This document shows, piece after piece, positions 28,847 to 36,440 of a stretch of DNA of 64,000 nucleotides. Below the pieces are notes generated by a model. That model was not told where the DNA came from and searched no databases. It saw only the letters and a list, made by a program, of their open reading frames with translations. The stretch spans positions 56,718 to 120,717 of the forward strand of contig CAYNLN010000003.1 of the NCBI GenBank assembly GCA_964398065.1. The letters are read 5' to 3'. The stretch comes from an uncultured Christensenella sp. GTDB taxonomy: Bacteria; Bacillota; Clostridia; Christensenellales; Borkfalkiaceae. A program made the position numbers and the translations under genes. Position 1 is the first letter of the stretch. Every line of letters starts with the position of its first letter.

Positions 28847-28956
28847 AAAAGACCGTCGTTAGTCTATGCTGCTCACGTCGGTCTTTTTTGTACTTTGACA
28901 TAAAAGACCGTCGTTAGTCTATGCTGCTCACGTCGGTCTTTTTTGTACTTTGACAT
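28847..28956 (+). repeat. 2 x 55-nt tandem duplication of a terminator hairpin
   Basis: AAAAGACCGTCGTTAGTCTATGCTGCTCACGTCGGTCTTTTTTGTACTTTGACAT occurs twice back to back. Confidence 0.9.
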
Positions 28957-29042
28957 AAAAGTCGGGCTATAAGCCCGTTATCTTTGGTTTTTATTAGATT
29001 ATTATCGTCAAATCGAAAATTTTTATACCCTATTTATTTTTT
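28949..29042. repeat. 94-nt direct repeat, right copy
   Basis: Matches 24944-25037 with 93 of 94 nt identical. Confidence 0.9.
28957..28982 (-). repeat. dispersed motif copy (inside the right 94-nt direct repeat)
   Basis: aaaagtcgggctataagcccgttatc. Confidence 0.85.
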
Positions 29043-29227
29043 AAGTCTTGCGGTGTTTGTTTAAACTAAGCGTTGTCTCGTTTTCTTCTTAAGCGGATAA
29101 AACCAAATTAATTTTTGAATATATTAAGTTTTTCTTAAAAAAGGTTTGAAAAATTTTCATATTGTGTTATAATATTACGTGCATTCCCAAAGAAGTAAAA
29201 ACACCGTAAAAAGGAGGGTGACAAAAA

Positions 29228-30331
29228 ATGCAATTTACCAAGCCCGATTTTAACAACAGTATTTTAAACGTTACGGCAACGCTTGCCGAATATTTAGGTG
29301 CGCCGAACAATAACCCCGTTCTTCCTTACTTAAAAAAGCGTTTGGAAAAAAATTACAGAAACGTAGTTTTTGCTTTGTTTGACGGTATGGGGACGCACCC
29401 GCTCGACATAAACCACCCGAAAGACGGTTTTTTGCACAAAAACCGCGTTGCCACGCTTACGTCGACGTTTCCTTCCACAACCACCAACGCAACCACGTCG
29501 GTTAACACGAACAAACTTCCGTTAGAGCACGGCTGGTTCGGTTGGATACTTCATTTTAACGAAATCAATAAAAACGTCGCGCTTTTTCCTCACGTCGAAG
29601 AAGAAACGGGCGAACGCGTCGATTACGAATACCCTATAAAACAAAGCGACGATTATTGGTTTGACTACGCAAATACCGATTACGAAATTACAACCGTTAT
29701 GCCAAGGTACTGTAGGGGCAAAGAGAGTAGTTCGATAATCGCGCACACTCCGAAAGAATGTATAGACGGGATAAAGTCCGTTTTAGATAAAGAAGGCAAG
29801 CATTTTGTATTCGCCTACTGTCCCGACCCCGACATGACAATGCACGATTACGGCGTAACGAGCGCTGAGGCAAATCGTGTAATAAACGATATATCCGAAA
29901 GGCTTGAAAACTTGCAACAAACGACAAAAGACACGCTGTTTATCGTCGTTGCGGACCACGGTCAAATCGACGTCGAAGGAGAAATCGAGTTTTATAAAGA
30001 TACGGAACTTAACGATATGCTTTTATGCGCGCCTTTTTTAGACGCCAGAACCCCCGCTTTTATCGTAAAACCCGAATGTAAAGAAAGTTTTGAAAAACTT
30101 TTTACTAAGCGTTACGGCAAAGACTTCGTGCTATACAAAACCGAAACCCTTATAAAGGAAAATTATTTCGGAAGCCGTGGCGAGTACGGGTATCTTTTGG
30201 GCGACTATATCGCTATCGGCACGGACACGAACAAATTATTTTTACCATCGCCGAAAAAATTTAATTTCAAGGGGCATCATACGTCGCTGACGAAAGAAAT
30301 GACCGTTCCCCTGATAATTTTCGACAATTAA
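29228..30331 (+). CDS. Alkaline-phosphatase-superfamily protein (type I phosphodiesterase/nucleotide pyrophosphatase-like)
   Basis: FDGMGTH, STFPSTT(T) nucleophile-type motif, ADHGQ and GHHT motifs. 367 aa. Confidence 0.6.
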   Translation: MQFTKPDFNNSILNVTATLAEYLGAPNNNPVLPYLKKRLEKNYRNVVFALFDGMGTHPLDINHPKDGFLHKNRVATLTSTFPSTTTNATTSVNTNKLPLEHGWFGWILHFNEINKNVALFPHVEEETGERVDYEYPIKQSDDYWFDYANTDYEITTVMPRYCRGKESSSIIAHTPKECIDGIKSVLDKEGKHFVFAYCPDPDMTMHDYGVTSAEANRVINDISERLENLQQTTKDTLFIVVADHGQIDVEGEIEFYKDTELNDMLLCAPFLDARTPAFIVKPECKESFEKLFTKRYGKDFVLYKTETLIKENYFGSRGEYGYLLGDYIAIGTDTNKLFLPSPKKFNFKGHHTSLTKEMTVPLIIFDN

Positions 30332-30357
30332 CGAAAACCCATCATCGAAAAGAGGTA

Positions 30358-30912
30358 ATGATTATGAAATCTTATACAGTTGATATTAAAGGCTTTAAAA
30401 TAGATCTTCCCGTTCTTCCCATATCGCCGACGCTCGAAATAGCGTTTTTCAACCTACACGGCAATCAACGCCTTACCGAGCATTGCGGAAAGGAATTATC
30501 CAAACTTTTAAGCGACTGCGACGTTTTGCTTACTGCGGAATCTAAAGGTCTGCAACTGACGCACGTCATCGCAAGAGAATTAAACCACGACTTTTACGCC
30601 GTTGCAAGAAAGTCCAAAAAACTTTACATGCAAGACGGTATCGAAGTAAAAATCGACTCTTCCATCACAACAGGCAGAGAACAGCAGTTTTACCTATCTA
30701 AACACGACGTGGATTTGCTTAAAGGAAAGAAAGTCGGTATTATCGACGACGTTGTTTCGACGGGGGCTTCGCTTATGGGCTTAGAAAAGTTAGTCGAACT
30801 TTCAGGCGGCATAATACATAAAAAGGCTTTCGTTTTAGCCGAAAGCGCCGCAAAAGACAGAACCGACGTTATTTATCTTGCGTCGATTCCCGTTTTTCCT
30901 ATAACGAAATAA
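30358..30912 (+). CDS. Phosphoribosyltransferase-family protein (Apt-like)
   Basis: PRPP-binding loop VGIIDDVVSTGASL. 184 aa. Confidence 0.7.
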   Translation: MIMKSYTVDIKGFKIDLPVLPISPTLEIAFFNLHGNQRLTEHCGKELSKLLSDCDVLLTAESKGLQLTHVIARELNHDFYAVARKSKKLYMQDGIEVKIDSSITTGREQQFYLSKHDVDLLKGKKVGIIDDVVSTGASLMGLEKLVELSGGIIHKKAFVLAESAAKDRTDVIYLASIPVFPITK

Positions 30913-30926
30913 CAAGCAAAAAACAC

Positions 30927-30953
30927 CGATAACGGGCTTATAGACCGATTTTT
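30927..30953 (+). repeat. dispersed motif copy (intergenic, next to the IS200 remnant)
   Basis: cgataacgggcttatagaccgattttt. Confidence 0.85.
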
Positions 30954-30959
30954 GATGTT

Positions 30960-31450
30960 TTTATTCCTAGTCATGTACCACTGGCCAAGTCGGTGGCTTG
31001 ATTTGGCACATCAAGCGCATGGTACCAGCGGCTCTACTCGCGCTTGAATTTGACTGACACTTGCACCGCTTTCCCATCTGCCACCTATTGTTGGCTTTTA
31101 TTTTGCTTTGCTTTACCGACTCACCCGTAAACAAGTCTATGTATTCGCTTATACTTATTTGATCGTCTATTTTGTCTTCCTCTATTTGGTTTTGTATGTA
31201 TTTTGCACTCGCAGTTTTATTTCTTCCTACTGTTGTAGCACATTTTTATGGACACTTTTTATGTGATACTTACAATTCCATTTTGTATGTGCTAAACTAT
31301 TTGTGGTGTTAGATACATCTTTCATTTTAATATCCTCCGATTGTGTATTTGTTTTTGACTGACAGGTCTTAATTTTATTGTACACAATCGGAGTTTTTAT
31401 TTCAAGACTCATCGGTAAACCTCTACTGAACCACGCGACTATCGCGTGAT
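30960..31450 (-). mobile_element. Decayed IS200-type element: tnpA (Y1 transposase) pseudogene with an internal deletion
   Basis: N-terminal fragment MKDVSNTTNSLAHTKWNCKYHI (ATG at 31325). A C-terminal fragment KYIQNQIEEDKIDDQISISEYIDLFTGESVK lies in another frame (about 31110-31205). The HUH/Tyr core is missing. A 13-bp stem CTCCGATTGTGTA/TACACAATCGGAG occludes the RBS, as in IS200. Confidence 0.7.
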
Positions 31451-31463
31451 TTTTCTTTATATC

Positions 31464-31498
31464 AAAAAAGCACGGACGAGAAATTACCGTTCGTGCTT
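31464..31498 (-). terminator. intrinsic terminator after the TIR-protein gene
   Basis: Minus sense reads AAGCACGAACGG-loop-CCGTCCGTGCTT followed by TTTTTT. Confidence 0.7.
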
Positions 31499-31522
31499 AT
31501 GAATTTTAAACTATTAGTATCT

Positions 31523-33724
31523 CTATTTCATATTCATCTCCCGCAATGCGATAAAAGGACAAACCGAAATTGTACAAGCTAAAACAAAAATGATTATAAA
31601 TCCAAAAACGCTACCTTCGCAATATGCAAAACATCCGTAAATTGTCTTTACAACGCCGTAAACACAACAGAAAATACACCATGCGTCACCATAACTTCCG
31701 CGAATGTTTTTCACACATATTTTGCCAAGCAATCCGTTAACAAGCGGCACTATACCCGTAGTCAGAAGAAACATAACAACATCTACGCCCACTTTATTCC
31801 ATTCAACGGATTTTATATACAAAGTAAGTATTGCATCGCCAACACAAACAAGCAGACCTATAATTGACAAAATAGTCTTAGCAGTAGACTTGCCTCGTTT
31901 TAACTTTTCTATTTTTACCAAAACTTGATTTTTTCTCTGATCTGCGTCCTTGTAGCCCGCTATACTCGAATACAATTCAACGGCTTTTTCATAATGTACT
32001 GTATCATAGTACCACTCACTGTCAGTCCGTCCGTTACTACAAACCCATTCTCGCCAAGTCGCCATATAATTTGCTTGTTTTAAAATTAAATCCTTACGCC
32101 TTTCGTCCGCATCCTTAAAACCTGATAATTGCGCATACAATTTAATCGCATCTAAACACTCTTTTGTATAAGTATGGTGATTTTCATCGAATGCCTTTAA
32201 CGCTAATTGGTTAGCGTCTTGAAGCAAACTTTCTTTGCGAATAAGATCTCCTCGTTTTACGCGCTCCTCGCATTCAAGTTGAGCTTGTCTTGCACGTTCA
32301 AGTTCGGCTTGTCTTTGTTTTTCACGTACAACAACAAGTTGTCTGTCGCATTCGGCGGCAAGTTCTTCCGAATCTTTATATGCGCTTATCGAATTAAACA
32401 ACTCAACGGCTTGTCTTAAGGCAGCTTCGCTTCCGTTATCTTTAAGCCCTTTAGCCGTACTGTATACACCGGACAAACGGATTTCTTCATTTCTTTGCTT
32501 TATATGATCGACATAACGCGACAACTCCGTTTTTAAATCTTCGCTACCGAAACGCATTATTTTTTTATAGTTGTTATTATCGTCGAAAGGTTTTTCGCAA
32601 TCACGAAATTCAAATTTGTTATGAATGCGGCAGTCGGCCATTAATTCTCCTAAATAGGCTAAAACGTTTTCGGGCTCGATATCGAGAACTTTTTCACAAT
32701 ATTCGTGTGCGCTTCTAAAATCACCGTCTTCTAAAAATAAACTTACCCTTTTTAAATAAGTATCCACGTTGCCGCCGACTTCGACTTTTGCAGCGCCTCC
32801 CTTTTGATTAGCGGAAGATTTTTTACTATCGCCGGCAATTTTTTTTATGCCGTGAATCAAATCCTGCATAAAGCCGAGTTTTGACATATCTTGGGCTTGA
32901 AGGTGAGAAAAAGCTTCGGGCAAATCGTAAGGGTCCATATCCTTATATGCGGGAATAAGAATTTTGTTTTCGCCGTTTTTAATAAGCGAAAGGAAACGAC
33001 TCCATTCGTTTTTAACCCAAACGGCATCGAAATATTCGCGCCTGGTGCCAATTACAACCATAACTTTAGCCGAATTTAACGCTGCGAATATGTAAGGTTC
33101 GTAAGCGGTGCCTAATTTGTCTTCAAGGGTAATGCGAGAAAAGAACACCTTAAAACCTTCTTGTGTTAATTGGTGATACAAGTCGTTTGCAAGTACGCTG
33201 TCTCGAGTACGTTCTTTAGTGTTGTCATCCGTTTCCTTATAGCAAATAAAAACATCGTAAGGGGGTTCCTTTTGGGAAATTGAAAGAAAACCTTTTTGAA
33301 TTTCGTTTATTATTTTCGCTTCGTTTTCAAAAACGCTTCTTTGCAAAGTATCGCAATAGTTTAACGCCTTTTTATAATTATCGTCATCGTAAACGGAAGT
33401 AAATTGAGCTCGATGTATGGTTGGTATGCGTTTACGGGTAACGGAATCGTCTACGTATTCGACGCCGTACTTACACAAAACAATCGACCAGTAAGCTTCG
33501 GCATCTGTCGCGTCCTCGTTTAAAATTTGTTCGTATATACCGATTGCCTTATCGAACTCGTTATTGCGCCGAAAATGGTTAGCCCTATCGTACATATTGA
33601 TTGTTCTGTCGTCGTCCAATTTAGGTAAAGTTTGCTTTACGTGACAATAATCGCATTCGATTACCGTAACGTCCGAGTCTATTTGTAGTGCCGCTCCGCA
33701 CATTTTGCAATGAAATGTCGCCAT
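31523..33724 (-). CDS. Zinc-ribbon / TPR / TIR-domain protein with helical repeats and a C-terminal 4-5 TM anchor
   Basis: N-terminus CKMCGA...CDYC. TIR-like core YDVFICYKETD...KVFFSRITLE...AVWVKNEWSRF. Three AxxLYxxIxGYKDADxR repeats. Hydrophobic C-terminus. Confidence 0.7.
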   Translation of the reverse strand: MATFHCKMCGAALQIDSDVTVIECDYCHVKQTLPKLDDDRTINMYDRANHFRRNNEFDKAIGIYEQILNEDATDAEAYWSIVLCKYGVEYVDDSVTRKRIPTIHRAQFTSVYDDDNYKKALNYCDTLQRSVFENEAKIINEIQKGFLSISQKEPPYDVFICYKETDDNTKERTRDSVLANDLYHQLTQEGFKVFFSRITLEDKLGTAYEPYIFAALNSAKVMVVIGTRREYFDAVWVKNEWSRFLSLIKNGENKILIPAYKDMDPYDLPEAFSHLQAQDMSKLGFMQDLIHGIKKIAGDSKKSSANQKGGAAKVEVGGNVDTYLKRVSLFLEDGDFRSAHEYCEKVLDIEPENVLAYLGELMADCRIHNKFEFRDCEKPFDDNNNYKKIMRFGSEDLKTELSRYVDHIKQRNEEIRLSGVYSTAKGLKDNGSEAALRQAVELFNSISAYKDSEELAAECDRQLVVVREKQRQAELERARQAQLECEERVKRGDLIRKESLLQDANQLALKAFDENHHTYTKECLDAIKLYAQLSGFKDADERRKDLILKQANYMATWREWVCSNGRTDSEWYYDTVHYEKAVELYSSIAGYKDADQRKNQVLVKIEKLKRGKSTAKTILSIIGLLVCVGDAILTLYIKSVEWNKVGVDVVMFLLTTGIVPLVNGLLGKICVKNIRGSYGDAWCIFCCVYGVVKTIYGCFAYCEGSVFGFIIIFVLACTISVCPFIALREMNMK

Positions 33725-33789
33725 AAATATCTCCTTAAATTAAAATTATCTCTTGTAAAATTATGTTTTTGATTTGGTTACGATGTTTT

Positions 33790-34494
33790 TTATTTTAAAA
33801 GTTTGCACTTAACGTTTCTTTCTTTTATCAACGCAAGTAAGTTTTCAGCCAAAGGCTTAACGCTCTCGATCTCGCCTTTCTTCACCGCATCCGAAAACAA
33901 TAAAAACTCGTTAGCAATCTTAGTGTCGATAACGTGAAGAGAAGCAACGCCCATCGGGTCGGAATACCTTATGGTTTCGTAAACTTTTATACATTCTTCC
34001 TTTACCTCGTCACCTTTGGCACACCCAAGGAGCGCTTCGGCGTTTGCCGAAAGTTCTTTAATGAAAAAAGTTTTCACTTTTACTTCTTGGTCGATTTCGT
34101 TAACGTAATTTACCGCTGCCGACGGCACCGCGCAAGCAATCACCGTAAGACCCGTGACCATCAAACACACCGACGCCCCTATCCATGTAGGAATAACAGG
34201 CAGTAACATAAATAGTAATCCTACTACAAGACAAATCGTAACCGACGTGCAAACTATCTTCATAAGTGGAATTCTTAAAAAAGTTTTCATATCGTTTTCT
34301 TCGTTTATAAATTTATAAGCGATTACAAGTTCTAATGCGAAAGAAAGTACGACTAATGAAAAAGCAATCCAAAATATCACTTTATCAAAACGGGTAATGC
34401 CAAAAATTTTGTTCGGTGCCAAAAAAGTTGCCCCGACAAACAAAATAAATTCGACTATCCAAATTATTATAAAATTTTTAAAGTTTTTAGCCAT
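33790..34494 (-). CDS. Hypothetical membrane protein (about 4 TM plus a roughly 100-aa helical C-terminal domain)
   Basis: 234-aa ORF packed tightly between the SPFH and TIR genes. I recognise no family. Confidence 0.6.
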   Translation of the reverse strand: MAKNFKNFIIIWIVEFILFVGATFLAPNKIFGITRFDKVIFWIAFSLVVLSFALELVIAYKFINEENDMKTFLRIPLMKIVCTSVTICLVVGLLFMLLPVIPTWIGASVCLMVTGLTVIACAVPSAAVNYVNEIDQEVKVKTFFIKELSANAEALLGCAKGDEVKEECIKVYETIRYSDPMGVASLHVIDTKIANEFLLFSDAVKKGEIESVKPLAENLLALIKERNVKCKLLK

Positions 34495-34507
34495 AAAAGC
34501 ATTCTCC

Positions 34508-35911
34508 TTATAATTTTTTCCCGCATTCTAAGCAGTATTTTGCGTTATTGGGGAGTTCCGCTCCACAATTTTCGCAAGTCGCTTTCAATAAAGCGCCGCA
34601 ATGAATGCAAAACTTGCCTTTTTTAGTTACTTGTTTGCATGCAGGACATTGGATTTCGTCATCGCTTAACAAGTCCATGCGGTTTCCGCAACTTAAACAG
34701 AATTTTGAATTTTCAGGGACATCTTCATGACAAACAGGACAACGTTTTGCCGTTTTAAAAGACATTTTTTGCTCAGCAGAATTATTTCCGTCTACATTAT
34801 TTAAAAAAGTATTGCCTTTTAAGGCGCTAACTACTTGGGCGCCTAACGTACCCGCTGCAGCCATTCCCACACCCAAGCCCAAAACGTCACCGCCGCCGCT
34901 CATATTGCCAAGCCCTTCGGCGTAGGCTTTTTGGACTTCTGCTTGAAGAATATCCTTTCCGTCGAAACCTTTTGCGTGCATGACTTCGGCTTCGACAAAG
35001 CCCGCCATTTTAGCTGCCTGTGCTTCGGCTTGGGCTTTGATTAAATTTCTTTCGGCTTCACGGCGGGCTATTTCCGTTGTGGTAGTTTCTTTTTCCAATA
35101 AATTTCTACGTTCGGCAACGGTCACTTGTGCGTCGCTATCGGCTATTGCGGTTCTAACCGCCATATCGGCTTCAACCATTTTCTTTTGCAAAGATATGGT
35201 TCTGAGTTCGCTCATACGCTTAAAGTTGCAATCATTTTCCGGCAACGCAACGTGGGTAACAAAGAAATTAGGAATGGTTAAGCCGTATTCTTCAAAACCC
35301 GTAACAAGACTTTTTCTTAATTCTTTAGATAACAGTTCTAAGTTTTCGTCAATATTGAAAATGTCAATGTTTTTTTCCCTAATACATTTTGCAAGATTTG
35401 CTTTTACCGCCGTCGAAATAAGGGGACGGAAAGACGATTCCAAAGATTTTGTAAAACCATCGCCGACGGCACCCCACGCAACGCCTTGCATCGTACCGAC
35501 GAGTTTTACAAGTAGTTTGCGTGAATCCGATACCATTAAATTCAATTCGCCGCATGCGCCTATCTCGATAGGAACGCCGTAAGTTGGCTCGGTAAACCGG
35601 ACTTTTGTGTCGGTTCCCCATTTAACACTCATTTGAACGGTCTTATTAATATAATAAACCTCGCAATGGAATGGCGTTTCGTCGGTAGCAAGTTTATTCA
35701 AAAGTTTACCTATCTGCGGAATATTTTGCGTTTTTAACGTATACCGCCCTGCGCCGAATAAATCAAGTGTTTGCCCATTCATCATAAAAATTGCTTCTTG
35801 CGATTCGTGCACGATAAGCTGGGTGTAACTGTTGAAATCTTCGCACGGGTGTTTCCATACAAATATGTCGTTGCTGCCTTCGTACTTAATAACGTTTGCC
35901 GCCACATTCAT
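34508..35911 (-). CDS. SPFH/Band-7-superfamily protein (YdjI / 'virion core protein'-like) with three C-terminal zinc ribbons
   Basis: N-terminus VIKYEGSNDIFVWKHP...LIVHESQEAIFMMNG. A central Ala/Glu-rich helix. C-terminus CPVC...CLSCG, CPAC...CIHCG and CENCG...CLECG. AGGAGG lies upstream. Confidence 0.7.
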   Translation of the reverse strand: MNVAANVIKYEGSNDIFVWKHPCEDFNSYTQLIVHESQEAIFMMNGQTLDLFGAGRYTLKTQNIPQIGKLLNKLATDETPFHCEVYYINKTVQMSVKWGTDTKVRFTEPTYGVPIEIGACGELNLMVSDSRKLLVKLVGTMQGVAWGAVGDGFTKSLESSFRPLISTAVKANLAKCIREKNIDIFNIDENLELLSKELRKSLVTGFEEYGLTIPNFFVTHVALPENDCNFKRMSELRTISLQKKMVEADMAVRTAIADSDAQVTVAERRNLLEKETTTTEIARREAERNLIKAQAEAQAAKMAGFVEAEVMHAKGFDGKDILQAEVQKAYAEGLGNMSGGGDVLGLGVGMAAAGTLGAQVVSALKGNTFLNNVDGNNSAEQKMSFKTAKRCPVCHEDVPENSKFCLSCGNRMDLLSDDEIQCPACKQVTKKGKFCIHCGALLKATCENCGAELPNNAKYCLECGKKL

Positions 35912-35935
35912 TTTCTCATCCTCCTATAATTTTAT

Positions 35936-35972
35936 AAATAAAAAAGTGCGACTTCGATAGAAGAACGCACTA
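35936..35972 (-). terminator. terminator-like hairpin about 25 nt upstream of the SPFH RBS (candidate attenuator)
   Basis: Minus sense reads AGTGCG-TT-CTTC-TATC-GAAG-T-CGCACT followed by TTTTTT. Confidence 0.5.
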
Positions 35973-36161
35973 AAAAACGCAAACTCCTATCGTTGCCACA
36001 CAATTCTCAACAAGACGGGTACTCTTCCGCAATCTCAAGCCGGAATTTGCATTTTTATCAAATTCATACTTGAAATTGCTAAAATAAAGTATAGTAACCC
36101 CTACACAAAAAATAAAGAGTACTCCCCTACGATCCTGTTGATTAAATTATGTGGCGATTTT

Positions 36162-36189
36162 ATTGTAACACATTTTTTATACCTTGCAA
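36162..36189 (-). promoter_or_regulatory. sigma-A type promoter heading a roughly 240-nt leader of the SPFH operon
   Basis: Minus sense reads TTGCAA (36184-36189), 16-nt spacer, TGT-TACAAT (extended -10; -10 hexamer at 36162-36167). Confidence 0.5.
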
Positions 36190-36344
36190 TAAATTTTAAG
36201 ATAAAAAACTGTTTTTCTCAAAAAACATAACCGTTTAAATACAGTTCACCTTCTCGCGATAACTTTTAATTCAACTTTCGCATAAGGGATTTTTAAACTC
36301 GAAAATAACAAAAATATTTTATCTTAATTTCCCAAAAACACGTC

Positions 36345-36370
36345 GAAAACCGACCTATAGGTCGGTTTTT
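36345..36370. repeat. dispersed motif copy, palindromic variant (intergenic)
   Basis: gaaaaccgacctataggtcggttttt. Confidence 0.75.
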
Positions 36371-36393
36371 AACGTGTTTTTGTTTATAAACGA

Positions 36394-36432
36394 CAAAAAA
36401 ACGTCCGGCGAAAACTTGCCCGACGTTTTTTT
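36394..36432 (-). terminator. intrinsic (bidirectional) terminator after the DedA-family gene
   Basis: AAAAAACGTCGGGC-loop-GCCGGACGTTTTTTT in minus sense. Confidence 0.65.
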
Positions 36433-36440
36433 GCTTATTA

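Noticed and set aside
31227-31412. 61-aa ORF from the track as a real small gene.
   Set aside because: It is the N-terminal stub of an IS200-type transposase. The probable true ATG is at 31325, and the ORF runs into a deletion junction. It is annotated as part of a decayed mobile element.
35975-36155. Assignment of the SPFH leader to the yybP-ykoY (Mn2+) riboswitch because of a GGGGAGTA box.
   Set aside because: Only that octamer matches. The second conserved half of the motif and the four-way architecture are not recognisable, so the leader is kept as an unclassified candidate.
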